Assembly: GCA_965206695.1 (NCBI GenBank)
Contig: CBDBKM010000007.1
Span: forward strand, 33,239 to 97,238
Origin: Chlamydiales bacterium
GTDB taxonomy: Bacteria; Chlamydiota; Chlamydiia; Chlamydiales; JAAZZY01
Reading direction: 5' to 3'
Length of the DNA stretch: 64,000 nucleotides
Both the position numbers and the translations under genes were made by a program. The stretch's first letter is position 1, and every line of letters begins with the position of its first letter. The notes beneath the pieces were generated by a model. That model worked only from the letters and a program-made list of their open reading frames with translations, was not told where the DNA came from and searched no databases. Of this stretch, positions 20,002 through 30,324 are shown in pieces.

Positions 20002-21006
20002 ATGACTACAGGATGTAAAGCTTTATATAATCTGTTACGGCTATACAGAGAAGAGAGTGGGAATAATTCGGTTTGTCATTGGCAGGTTTTAGATTACCGC
20101 TCTTTATCAAAAGATGACCTTTTTAAAATGTTTAGTGATTTAGATGTAAAACTAAATCAAGAGCTTTTTGAATCTTATGCGGTTTATTGGGATACTCCGG
20201 AAGAATTTACTGAGGCCCTTGTTGGAGATGTTTTAGACGATCAATGCCGTGATCAGTTATATCTTATCTCATTTGAATTATGGCGGCGCTTAAGGCCTGA
20301 TAGACGTTCTTTATCTATTTTTTTTGATGATTTAGATTTTGCAATCTCTCTTTATGATCAAGATCAGGAAATGGGCAATTTAAAAAATCTGTTTATAGAA
20401 TTGCAAGGAATAATAGAGGATCAAATTGATAAGAGGTTAGGAGTTGAAGAGATCCATTCTTTTTTAGCTCAATATTGTGCTCACGATATAGAAAAATTTC
20501 TTTATGATTTTACTGCGGATCAAATCGATTTAGAAAACTATTTTTATGCCAAAGAATTACTAGAAGATTTTCAAGAATTTTTTTTGAATAAGAATCAATT
20601 TAATTTTTTAAATTTTCGCCTTATTAGATTATCAGATGAAGAACAAGCTAAAGAAATTCTAACAAAAGTTATTAGGAAGTTAGAAGAAGATTCAGATTTA
20701 GAGCTATATTTAGATCTTCTGACTTCTATAGCAAATATTCCTTATAGGAATATTTTGCATGAGGTAAAAAATCAATATCTCATTCATGTGCAAAATGAAG
20801 AAGACCTATTAGATTTTCTATTCGTATTAGAAGAAGCTTATAAAGTGATAGGTTATCCTGAATGCCAAGCAAAAGTCAGTGAAGTTTTAGAGGCACGCTT
20901 AAAGGAAAGCAAGGGGCTCGATACGACATATGAGAAGTTTGATCCTGTTATAACCTCTCTTTTAGAATATCTAAATACCGACTCTTTTCATGAGTTATAT
21001 TCTTAA
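20002..21006 (+). CDS. Conserved hypothetical protein of Chlamydiae
   Basis: 334-aa acidic helical ORF; KALYNLLR...WQVLDYR...DQLYLISFELWRRL resembles a chlamydial conserved protein (from memory). Confidence 0.7.
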   Translation: MTTGCKALYNLLRLYREESGNNSVCHWQVLDYRSLSKDDLFKMFSDLDVKLNQELFESYAVYWDTPEEFTEALVGDVLDDQCRDQLYLISFELWRRLRPDRRSLSIFFDDLDFAISLYDQDQEMGNLKNLFIELQGIIEDQIDKRLGVEEIHSFLAQYCAHDIEKFLYDFTADQIDLENYFYAKELLEDFQEFFLNKNQFNFLNFRLIRLSDEEQAKEILTKVIRKLEEDSDLELYLDLLTSIANIPYRNILHEVKNQYLIHVQNEEDLLDFLFVLEEAYKVIGYPECQAKVSEVLEARLKESKGLDTTYEKFDPVITSLLEYLNTDSFHELYS

Positions 21007-21737
21007 ATGATCTTTATGGGTTTAAAATCTATATAATCTGCTGCGGTCAATATGTAACGAATGTTATTTTTTTTTCCAAAAAGTGATAAGTTTGGTTTTA
21101 GATTATGTAAATGACCGAATACACAAATATTAATTCCATATTGTTCAAATAAAATGGAGAGTTTTGAGGGCTTAAGATCAGCGCTAATTGGAGGATAATG
21201 CGTCATTGCTATTTTGATAGAGGCGTTTGTATTTAGCTGCTCTAAGCTAATAGTAAGGCGTTTTATTTCTTTTTCAAAGATATGTTTTGAATCATATTTT
21301 TTTTCTGTTTTTGCAACTTTATTAGACCTAAATTCAACATAGTCGTTAAAATTGAATTCCTCATTATCCCATAATCTCGATCCTGCAATTGCAATATCTT
21401 CAAAGTCAAAGCTGTTATTTTGAATAAAAGAAATGGAAGGGGGGAGAATTTCTTGTAGCTTTTTAGAAGATGGCCACCAATAGTCATGGTTGCCTTTTAA
21501 CATTAATTTTTTTCCGGGTCTTTGATGAATCCATTCTAAGTCTTTGTGGGCCTCTTTTGTTTTCAATGCCCAGGAGATATCTCCCGGTATTAAAACTAAG
21601 TCCTCAGCCTTAACAGTGCTATCCCAAGCAAGAGCCATTTTAGAGATATACCCTTCCCATTGTTGTCCAAATACAGCCATGTCCTTTTCCGGATTAGAAA
21701 GAGATAAATGAAGATCTGCGATAGCCCATACTGACAT
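21003..21737 (-). CDS. Calcineurin-like metallophosphoesterase
   Basis: ADLHLS, GDISW, GNHDYW, THYPP and FGHLH motifs; likely start at ATG 21737. Confidence 0.9.
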   Translation of the reverse strand: MSVWAIADLHLSLSNPEKDMAVFGQQWEGYISKMALAWDSTVKAEDLVLIPGDISWALKTKEAHKDLEWIHQRPGKKLMLKGNHDYWWPSSKKLQEILPPSISFIQNNSFDFEDIAIAGSRLWDNEEFNFNDYVEFRSNKVAKTEKKYDSKHIFEKEIKRLTISLEQLNTNASIKIAMTHYPPISADLKPSKLSILFEQYGINICVFGHLHNLKPNLSLFGKKNNIRYILTAADYIDFKPIKII

Positions 21738-21909
21738 AAATTTTTTCCGGTTTTCGGTTATCAATCACGTAATATTAAATCTTTATTAAGCATAAGATTT
21801 GATAGCTCCTAACCCTAAAGGGAAGCGATTTCTCATTCAATGACCCTTGCTAACAAGTGCCGGTCTAACACGATCTTCAAAGGCTTGCATTACCGACTGC
21901 TCTTCAGTA

Positions 21910-22362
21910 TATACTCTTCGCTCCTGAAAGGTACACAAAAAAGTATAAATATGATATTAGTTTTGCATGAACCGATTAACTCCCAATCAAAGAAGCACTT
22001 TTGAATTTCAGGTAAAAAAGACCCGTGATATAAATGAACGTAATCGTTTGTGTGTGCTTCTTGCACGAGATGATGGTCTAAAGCCTGATCCCAAGGGAGG
22101 ATCAGCCGGTAAATTATCCAAACTGCAAACTAAAGAACTAGTGGAATATCTTTCTCAATACACCTATAGAAGGGTTAAGGATGTATGTGCATATGTCTTA
22201 GAACGATATAAAATTTCCTACAGCACAGGAGGGATGATATCGTGGCTAAAGTATCATCAATTTTGTTTTCAAAAGCCTTGTTAATGTCCCCGGTAGGCTT
22301 AACTTAGAGAAGCCAAGTGATGAAACTCAATCCTGTTCAGGTTCTAATGTGAATGAGTATAT
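21910..22362 (+). mobile_element. IS630 (lineage D) internally deleted element
   Basis: Left end TATACTCTTCGCTCCTGAAAGG, HTH fragment 21967-22284, right end AATGTGAATGAGTATA matching the reverse complement at 49297-49340. Confidence 0.85.
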
Positions 22363-22537
22363 ACTTGCTGCATCATACTCTCCTTATTAAAAAAACGCTG
22401 ATACACATTAAACTATCTCGGAAAGTTTATCCGGATCGCGATCCACCCCTAATTGGCTGTAATTGACAATATATTATTTGATAATAATGGTTAGCGTACC
22501 TATAATCATGTGATGCTATTAACAAAGGAGATTTTTT

Positions 22538-23011
22538 ATGAAAACTTTGAAATGTGTTTCATTTTTTATTGTTCTAACGTATACTTCAGCAGTCTTTGCA
22601 GTTTCACTGCCATTGATAATAGATAACCGAACAGAAGAATATACTTTCTACTTCATCACAAATGGTCAATCGATCGCGATTAAACCGGGAGAAGACTTTT
22701 CTGTAAAATTAGCTAACCATTCTACTACACAGATTACTTTTGATTATGATGGACAACACCATACAACGACCCCTTGGCACACCTCCGGGCTTGGCAATGG
22801 GGGTGTTTCATTCTCTCAAGATCCAAGTAGTGGGCAAGCAAATTTTAGTTGGGGTTTTGGACCGGCTCAACAACAGGATCCCGGGACAGCCCCACCTTAT
22901 TTTAGCATTACCGGTGGGTTAAATACATCGGGAACTGATGATTGGGCTTATGGGATTTCATTGCAACCACATGGCAATTGTGTAGCTACAACTATTAGAA
23001 TAACGCAATAA
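22538..23011 (+). CDS. Secreted hypothetical protein (157 aa)
   Basis: AAGGAG RBS, Sec signal peptide (MKTLK...SAVFA), Gly/Thr/aromatic-rich beta-type mature part. Confidence 0.75.
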   Translation: MKTLKCVSFFIVLTYTSAVFAVSLPLIIDNRTEEYTFYFITNGQSIAIKPGEDFSVKLANHSTTQITFDYDGQHHTTTPWHTSGLGNGGVSFSQDPSSGQANFSWGFGPAQQQDPGTAPPYFSITGGLNTSGTDDWAYGISLQPHGNCVATTIRITQ

Positions 23012-23015
23012 AAAA

Positions 23016-23379
23016 CCGGGAAGATAATAAGCCGGATTCTGTCATCCACCGGAGTGACGGACAATCATTCATCTAGGGCTTGTGTCACCACAAGCCTCAA
23101 GCGATATGCTTTTGAAGCTTTTGCGAAGAACAAAATATAAAACGCTTCAAAACTCTTGCTTCGGATAGGGTTTACACCATCTTTAAGTTTCCTTAAGAGG
23201 GTCGATTCTTAAAATCGACATTTTCAGCCTGTTCACCAAATTACAGGCAACGGGATATTTTCTGTTGCACTTTCCGTAGCCTTACAGCCCCCGGCATTTC
23301 ACCGGTATCCTCTTCTACGAAGTCCGGACTTTCCTCTCCCATATTCTAAAATACGGGAGCGATTGTCTCATCTTCCCGG
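23016..23379 (-). ncRNA. rnpB: RNase P RNA (type A)
   Basis: Minus strand has GAGGAAAGTCCGGAC near the 5' end and GACAGAATCCGGCTTAT near the 3' end; the termini CCGGGAAGAT/ATCTTCCCGG form P1. Confidence 0.97.
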
Positions 23380-23384
23380 AAAAA

Positions 23385-24155
23385 TTAACTTGCGATATTT
23401 TTACGACGACGACGCTTGGTTGCGATGACTTTTGAGCCTTCTAGTTCCTCGCTTTCTAACCAATAAAGGATACGAGAACAATGCTCACAACAAACGACTC
23501 GTTCAGCTTTACGAACAAGGTTTTCTTGTTGTGCTGTTAAAATAATGTGGCAACCACTACAACAACGGTTAGTTATAGGAACCACAACGCGGTCGCGCTT
23601 ATTGTTTAAAAGTCGTTCATAGATATGCATGCTTTCAGGTGTGGCTTTTTCAAATAAAACATCTCTTTCTTGTTTTAAGCGGCGGCCTTCTTCATTAATA
23701 TGATTGATACTTATCGCAATTTCTTCTTCTAAAGCTTGGCTATTTTCAATTGTTGCATGGTAGGTATCTTGTAGATTACTTAAAATCTCTTCTTCGCTTA
23801 AAAGTTGATCAGCTAAAGCTATAAGTTTTTTCTCAATGTTAGAACGTTCTCTATCTGCTGTAGAGATTTCTTGATTAAGGGCATTGAATTCTTCAATTTT
23901 TTTGACGAGATCTTGTTGAGATTCATAGTGCTTAATTTTGGCTTTGATCTCTTTAATCTCTTCTTCATATATATGAACTTCTTTTTTTAGAATGTCAATC
24001 TCTTCATTTTTTTTACCAATTTGAATCTGTAAATCGTCTTGTAACTGATCGATTTGACTAAGTTCATTTTTGCGTTCTTTTTTGAGTCGCATTAAACGAA
24101 TCATTTTAATGTCTAATTCCTGTATCTCTAAGATGACTTTTAGACTTTGAAGCAT
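23385..24155 (-). CDS. cdsZ: Coiled-coil C4 zinc-ribbon protein (CT398/CdsZ, DUF164 family)
   Basis: MLQSLKVILEIQELDIKMIRLMRLK, long coiled coil, CSGCHI...CEHCSRILYW; start at ATG 24155. Confidence 0.9.
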   Translation of the reverse strand: MLQSLKVILEIQELDIKMIRLMRLKKERKNELSQIDQLQDDLQIQIGKKNEEIDILKKEVHIYEEEIKEIKAKIKHYESQQDLVKKIEEFNALNQEISTADRERSNIEKKLIALADQLLSEEEILSNLQDTYHATIENSQALEEEIAISINHINEEGRRLKQERDVLFEKATPESMHIYERLLNNKRDRVVVPITNRCCSGCHIILTAQQENLVRKAERVVCCEHCSRILYWLESEELEGSKVIATKRRRRKNIAS

Positions 24156-24334
24156 AAATCTATCCTTGTAATTACATATAAACCTCTCAACTGAGGTTGC
24201 CAATTCCCTTTTGGATGAAGATCCAAAGGCGATTTTAAGATAATAAGTTTACAAGATTGCTCTATTTGAATATAGAAAAAAAATTATTTTAGTATCTTAT
24301 CTCTATTTTTTGTTAAAGTTTTTCTATGTAAGTC

Positions 24335-25372
24335 GCCCTTTTAACATTGAAGTGTGACAAATAGGAAGTATTTGAAAATGGCCAAATGCCGGTAAAATCT
24401 CTATAGTAAATTTTTGATAAAAATATTATGGAGAGATTTTTATGCCTAAGGGCTACCCGTATTTAACCTATGAGCAAAGATGTCAAATATATACTTTAAA
24501 ACTAAAGAGGCGATTCAATTCACTGTATCGGCAAAGAAATTAAAGTAACCGGGTCTACCGTTTATCGAGAGTTAAAAAGAAATAGCGACGCCCGACAGTG
24601 TATTTAATTTTTCAGCACAAAAAAAATCTGAAGAACAACGATCGATAGCTTGCCGTCAAACTAAAAAAATGCACCCTGAGATGTTTGTAAAGCCGGAAAA
24701 TAAATTATTATTACAATGGAGTCCTATTCAAATAGCAGGTTCGTTAAAAACGGAGGGTGTACTTATTAGCCATGAAAGTATCTATCGGTATATATTGGAA
24801 AGACAAGCTGATAAGGAGGTTGTTTATATAAAAATTTAAGACACAAAGTCAGGAAATATAAAGGACGAGGATATATTTCCGATAGGATTGATATTGCAAA
24901 GAGGCCTTACATGGTCGATAAAAAAACAAGAACAGGAGATTTCGAATGAGAGACAATCATAGGTAAATATCACCAAGGAGCGATTGTATCTATTGTTGAT
25001 CGTGCCTCTACATATACGATACTTGTAAAGGTGAAATCTAAACAAGCTTGTACTGTTGCTAATGCCTTAATTGAGTGCTTAGAATTTATTAATTAGGATA
25101 ACGTTCACACATTAACGGCAGACAACGGTTTAAGGTTCTATCGGCATAAAGAGGTCAGCTCAAAATTAAGAGCCGCGTTGTATTTTGCGAAACCCTATAC
25201 GGGAAAGAAGATTGAGTGAACATATCAATGGATTAGTTAAACCTTATTGGCCCAAGAAGACAAACTCCAATCAGAAAAAGTTTGAATTTTAAAACACCTA
25301 TAGAGGTTTTTAATCAAAATAATTTGGGCTATAATGGAGTGCAAATTTGTTGCACTTCATAGTTGAAAAGGC
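24335..25372 (+). mobile_element. IS30 family element, degenerate
   Basis: Ends GCCCTTTTAACATTGAAGTG / CACTTCATAGTTGAAAAGGC; frameshifted transposase (YRELKRN, WSP, HESIY, TADNG). Confidence 0.9.
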
Positions 25373-25415
25373 AAGTTTTAAAATATGAATTAATAAATAA
25401 AAGGTTGTATAGACA

Positions 25416-26294
25416 ATGAAAATTTTAATAGGAGGAGGAAGAGGTTTTATCGGGAGTGCTTTAATTAAATGTTTAGGAAGCGAGAGGCACCAAATTCGGA
25501 TCATTTCCGGAAAGAAAAGAAAGAATGGGGTTACTTGGGAGGAAATTCACAATCAAGGTTTACCTCCGTGCGATGCTGTTATTAATTTATCAGGGGTTAA
25601 CATTTTTACCAAACGATGGTTTTCGAACAGAAAAGTCGAAATTTATTCAAGTCGAGTGGATACGACAAGAATACTTGCTAATGCGATTGATAATTCTTCT
25701 AATCCTCCTCAAGTATGGATTCATGTTTCAGCTGTAGGTTGGTATCCAACACATTCCTCGGAAGGATTTACTGAAAATGATGGGCCACATGGAGATGATT
25801 TTATTGGTCATTTATGTAGAGAATGGGAAGAGGCGGCTCAATTAACCAAGCAAACACAAGTGCGTGAAGTAACTATGCGTCTAGGGCCTGTGCTGGCAAA
25901 GGAGGGGGGAGCTCTAAAAAAAATATTACCCGGTTTTAAAGCAGGGTTTGGTGCTTGCTTAGGTACAGGCCGTCAAGCATTCCCTTGGATTCATATACAG
26001 GATCTACTCAATTTTTTTCTGTTTGCTCTGCAAAAAGAACATATACAAGGAATTTATAATCTGGTCTCGCCTCAGAAAGTGAATCATGCAGAATTTTCTC
26101 AAGCTTTAGCGCGTCATTTAAAAAGGCCACTTTGGTTTAAAATTCCTGTTGGTTTTTTACATATATTGCTAGGAGAAAGAGCAAATCTTCTTATTGCTTG
26201 CCCAATCGTCATCCCAAAACGTGTTATAGAATCGGGTTTTGTTTATAAGTATCCGGCGATTGATGCGGCATTATCGGCTCTATTGGATCATTAG
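25416..26294 (+). CDS. TIGR01777/YfcH-like NAD-dependent epimerase
   Basis: GGRGFIG, INLSG, SRVDTT, CREWE, GRQAFPWIHI, DUF1731-like C-terminus. Confidence 0.92.
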   Translation: MKILIGGGRGFIGSALIKCLGSERHQIRIISGKKRKNGVTWEEIHNQGLPPCDAVINLSGVNIFTKRWFSNRKVEIYSSRVDTTRILANAIDNSSNPPQVWIHVSAVGWYPTHSSEGFTENDGPHGDDFIGHLCREWEEAAQLTKQTQVREVTMRLGPVLAKEGGALKKILPGFKAGFGACLGTGRQAFPWIHIQDLLNFFLFALQKEHIQGIYNLVSPQKVNHAEFSQALARHLKRPLWFKIPVGFLHILLGERANLLIACPIVIPKRVIESGFVYKYPAIDAALSALLDH

Positions 26295-26430
26295 GCTTGT
26301 TGCGCAATAAAAATTGTATAAGTTGAGCCTTGCTCAATTTTTGTCGATCATTTTCCATTTAAATGGAAGTTCCAAAGATTCGCATATAATAACGGTATTT
26401 TGTCTTCTATGACATAATTTTTATTCTTTA
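26292..26430 (-). mobile_element. ISL2/DDE_Tnp_4-like IS end remnant
   Basis: TAGGCTTGTTGCGCAATAA... homologous to 40841-40975. Confidence 0.75.
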
Positions 26431-26443
26431 TATGCTCTACAAA

Positions 26444-26610
26444 AGATCTCTGCATAACTAACTTGATAATAGTTTTTAAAACTCACTGATTGTCTAAACT
26501 TATTTTTCATTTATTTTAATAAGTTTTATAATAAGCAGTTTTTTATTATGAGTGTAAATCATCGCATGGGCGCCAAAAATCGTTGCCGGAAATCAGTTAT
26601 GCAGAGGTCT
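26444..26610. mobile_element. 167-bp MITE-like element
   Basis: 16-bp terminal IR AGATCTCTGCATAACT / AGTTATGCAGAGGTCT (1 mismatch), non-coding interior. Confidence 0.65.
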
Positions 26611-26760
26611 TTATTAAAGGGTTATGGGAGGGACACTGACGGAGTATTAAAGATAATATTATATAGTTAAATTCTGTTAAGTTAGGTTTACGCAAATTCA
26701 TTTGAGGCTTCTGTTTGAGAATATATCTAAAACAGGAGCACTTGAGAAGTGCGGAAGATC

Positions 26761-27454
26761 TTAACCGAACATATAATGATAAATGTTGTTTATGGTGTGA
26801 GCTAAATAATCTTTAGTTTGAATAGTTCTATTTGTAACATAGTCAATACCTTCACCAATTTTGCCTCCTAAGTCAGTGGGTATATCCGGATAGCGTGTGG
26901 TTATAGTAGGTAGCGCGACTGCTGATAATGCCAGGAATGTTCCGGGAGCCAACACCTTTATTGCATATTGAAATAGTTCTAAAAATCTCAGGGTCCTCTA
27001 CAAGGGGATCAGTGATGCTGTTATAACAGTTGAGAGTACATCCCAGGGCAAACACAGCGCAACCGGGTGACAAATAATTGACTCGAACTTTCGGCCTACT
27101 AGCGTCATTCATAATACTAACATGTTTATTTATAAAAGCATGTTTATTTATAAAAGATTGGACCTTTCTTCCTATTCTTCTTCCAATCGTTCTTCCCGGT
27201 CTTTTTAGAATCGGCAGTGGATTTCTAACACTTATGGAGGAAATGGGTATTTGACAGAAAAAACAATTTACTTGCGATTTTTGTATGGTTGCTATCCATG
27301 TCAAAAAACATTTGTGATGTATCGGATGCAGGTTTCCATCTCCTTCACTATTCTCTACGTATTCTTCATTTCCTTCAGATTTAATGCTAAAGTTATTTTT
27401 TCAGCAGATAGGGCAGAAGTACGCTTGGGATTCAGAAAAACATACAGTACTCAT
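26761..27454 (-). pseudogene. RING-finger protein with C-terminal hydrophobic segments (candidate E3-ligase-like effector), disrupted
   Basis: From ATG 27454: MSTVCFSESQAYFCPIC*KNN...GDGNLHPIHHKCFLTWIATIQKSQVNCFFCQIPI. In-frame TGA at 27401-27403; frameshift near 26950 joins ORFs 26873-27304 and 26761-26955. Confidence 0.7.
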
Positions 27455-27557
27455 AATTTTAATTTATCCTATTTTTTATTAATTTAATATAAATTGATTC
27501 GATTATCTATTTTAAATTAACTGAATTAAGTTAATTTAAATATTTGTACTATTTTTA

Positions 27558-27731
27558 GAACTACAGAGGTAAATCTTGATCCTCTAGAATTAACCTGTTT
27601 GAGATGTATGGGAAACAAATGATATTCGCGTTTAATAGCACGGATAAAACAATTAAAAAAAATATCAATAAGATAATAATAGAAATATTTTTGTTGAAAA
27701 AAAGAACTCCGATAAACACATTCCGAAAAAC
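27558..27731 (-). repeat. ~175-bp non-coding element, copy A (upstream of the RING pseudogene)
   Basis: Aligns by eye end to end with the reverse complement of 41922-42096. Confidence 0.9.
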
Positions 27732-27759
27732 TCCGCTTTAAAAAGTCCCGGAGGTGTTT

Positions 27760-28020
27760 ATGAGGTTTTCAATGTACAATATTAATAATAAAAGACTTAA
27801 ATTAAGCACATTGTTTCAATATTAGAAAAAAAATTGTTCAATATGCTCAGGATAAAGGCATTAGCTTTGCCGTAAAAAATGGGGTATAGCCGGAAATACC
27901 GGTCGCGCTTGGTTGCGGCGTTTTGATCAAAAGGGTAATAAGGGATTAAAAGACAGAAGAAAAAGATCCATATGTATTCCGCATAAGGCTTCTGAAGGTA
28001 TTAAAAACGGGTTGTGGAAA
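27760..28020 (+). pseudogene. IS481-like transposase N-terminal HTH remnant
   Basis: Frameshifted FNIRKKIVQYAQDKGISFAV...GISRNTGRAWLRRFDQKGNKGLKDRRKRS...PHK. Confidence 0.65.
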
Positions 28021-28224
28021 TAGCCCCCCCAAAAGAAAAATAATATTCTGATTTAATAAATTATTTTAATAACGCATCTCTGTTGCGCGAAACTCCTGAT
28101 CTATAGAAAAATCGTTATACTAACTTTGTGTAAGGTGAGTTGATTAGCAAATCATTTGCTATCAAAGGGCTTAAGCGAGTAAACTTAATTATTTCATAAT
28201 TTTGTAGCAGTTAACTTAATTATA

Positions 28225-29703
28225 GTGATGTTGAATTTAAATCAGTACCTTGAAAATACACCTAAAGAAAAACATAGCTATGCTTTGATTGCATATCTAG
28301 CTTCAATTGAACATATTCAAAGAACGTCTCCATTAATTGCTGATGCGATTATAAATGAGCTGAAGAATCAACGCTCTCATCTAAAATTAATTGCTTCAGA
28401 AAATTTTTCTTCTTTAGCTGTGCAATTGGCAATGGGTAATCTTCTTACGGATAAATATGCTGAGGGCTATCCTAATCATCGTTTTTATGCCGGTTGTGAA
28501 AACGTTGATATTTGTGAATTAGAGGCGATTAAACAAGTAAAAGAAATATTTGATTGTGATCATGCCTATGTGCAACCGCATTCAGGGGCGGATGCAAACC
28601 TGGTTGCTTTTTGGTCTATTTTAGTTCACCGCATTCAGGATGCAGAAGTAGAAGCTTTAGGAAAGAAAAAAATTGATGAGCTTAACGATAAAGAATATGA
28701 ACGTATTCGTATGTTAATGATGCAACAAAAAATAATGGGGATGTCTCTTAATGCAGGTGGCCATTTGACTCATGGTTATCGCCACAACATCTCTTCTAAA
28801 ATGATGCATGCTGTTAGCTATGGGTTGGATCCTAAAACTGAGACACTTGACTACAAGGCTTTAGAAGAACAAGTTAAAGTAGAAAAACCTATAATTTTAT
28901 TAGCCGGTTACTCTGCTTATTCGAGGCGTTTAAACTTTGCTCAACTTCGAGAAATTGCTAATACGGTTAACGCTGTTCTAATGGTGGATATGGCTCATTT
29001 TTCAGGTCTTATTGCCGGTAAAGTTTTTGCCGGTGATTATAATCCTGTCCCGTTTGCAGATATTATAACCTCAACAACTCACAAAACGCTAAGAGGTCCT
29101 AGAGGGGGATTTATTATGTGTAAGAAGGAGTTTGCTGAGATTGTTAATAAAGGATGTCCTTTAGTTTTAGGAGGACCTCTCCCTCATGTTATAGCTGCAA
29201 AGGCGATTGCTTTTAAAGAAGCTAATACGCCGGCGTTTCAAGAATATGCTCATCAAATTGTTAACAATTCAGTTAGCTTAGCTGAAGAGTTGATGAAAAG
29301 AGGAGCTAGGATATCTTCAGGTAAAACAGAGAACCATCTGATGGTTGTCGATGTAAGCTCCTTTGGTATAACGGGAAGGCAAGCTGAAAAAGCTTTAAGA
29401 GAAATTGGCATTACAGTAAATCGTAATACTATTTATAACGATCCTAATGGTCCTTGGTATACTTCCGGTATTCGTATCGGTACACCTGCAATTACGACAC
29501 TTGGGATGGGTAAAGAAGAGACGGGAGTAATAGCGGATGCTATTATTGCCGGATTACAACATACCCAACCAATTAAAATAGAAAAAACAGGTCAAATGAG
29601 TCGGGCTAAATATCACATGGAAAAAACGACTTGCCAAAAGATTAAATCTCAAATATTTGAATTATTAAATCGATTTCCGTTATATCCGGAGCTAGACTTT
29701 TAA
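28225..29703 (+). CDS. glyA: Serine hydroxymethyltransferase (long, chlamydial type)
   Basis: LIASEN, KYAEGYP, QPHSGA, GGHLTHG, TTHKTLRGPRGG, SGIRIGTPA. Confidence 0.98.
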   Translation: MMLNLNQYLENTPKEKHSYALIAYLASIEHIQRTSPLIADAIINELKNQRSHLKLIASENFSSLAVQLAMGNLLTDKYAEGYPNHRFYAGCENVDICELEAIKQVKEIFDCDHAYVQPHSGADANLVAFWSILVHRIQDAEVEALGKKKIDELNDKEYERIRMLMMQQKIMGMSLNAGGHLTHGYRHNISSKMMHAVSYGLDPKTETLDYKALEEQVKVEKPIILLAGYSAYSRRLNFAQLREIANTVNAVLMVDMAHFSGLIAGKVFAGDYNPVPFADIITSTTHKTLRGPRGGFIMCKKEFAEIVNKGCPLVLGGPLPHVIAAKAIAFKEANTPAFQEYAHQIVNNSVSLAEELMKRGARISSGKTENHLMVVDVSSFGITGRQAEKALREIGITVNRNTIYNDPNGPWYTSGIRIGTPAITTLGMGKEETGVIADAIIAGLQHTQPIKIEKTGQMSRAKYHMEKTTCQKIKSQIFELLNRFPLYPELDF

Positions 29704-29733
29704 TGACATTGTGCATAAGAACAGGAGAAAAAT

Positions 29734-30324
29734 ATGTCTAATGAACAAGAAAACGAAGGGCTTAAAAGCCTTGATGATCGTATTGATTTTGCCTTATTAC
29801 AAGCCAGGCGCATCTTCTTTTCTAATGTAGTAGAAAGCAATTCGGCTCATGCTGCTATAAGAAAGTTGTGGTATTTAGAATTAAGAGAGCCGGGTAAACC
29901 CATCACCTTTATCATAAATAGCCCCGGCGGGTCTGTACATGATGGATTTGCTATTTGGGATCAGGTTAAAATGATTACGTCCCCCATTATCACGCTAGTG
30001 ACAGGATTAGCCGCTTCTATGGGATCAATCTTAAGCTTGTGTGCTCCTAAAGGGCATCGTTTTGCCACGACAAATTCTCGTATTATGATTCATCAACCTC
30101 GGATTATGAGTCCTATTCAAGGCCAGGCATCTGATATCGAAATCCAGGCGAAAGAAATTATGAGAACTCATGAGCAGGGAATAAAAATATATATGGAAGC
30201 CACCGGCAAGGATTATGAAGCGGTATCAAAGGCAATTGATCGTGATAACTGGATGACAGCTCAAGAAGCAAAAGATTTCGGGCTTATTGATAAAATTGTG
30301 ACATCCTTTGATGAAGTAAATTAA
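29734..30324 (+). CDS. clpP: ATP-dependent Clp protease proteolytic subunit (ClpP1-type)
   Basis: INSPGG, GLAASMG, IMIHQP, DRDNWM; position between glyA and dapF as in chlamydiae. Confidence 0.96.
   Translation: MSNEQENEGLKSLDDRIDFALLQARRIFFSNVVESNSAHAAIRKLWYLELREPGKPITFIINSPGGSVHDGFAIWDQVKMITSPIITLVTGLAASMGSILSLCAPKGHRFATTNSRIMIHQPRIMSPIQGQASDIEIQAKEIMRTHEQGIKIYMEATGKDYEAVSKAIDRDNWMTAQEAKDFGLIDKIVTSFDEVN

Noticed and set aside
27401..27403. TGA read-through (selenocysteine or alternative genetic code) in the RING gene
   Set aside because: TGA is a normal stop elsewhere (batA, glpD) and the gene also has a frameshift
27511..27540. 12-6-12 inverted repeat TTTAAATTAACT-GAATTA-AGTTAATTTAAA as a dif/Xer site
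   Set aside because: No similarity to the XerC/XerD consensus and nearly all A/T; it could be an operator but there is no support
28124..28143. ~19-bp match to the reverse complement of 44337-44354
   Set aside because: Too short to assign; probably another IS-end fragment
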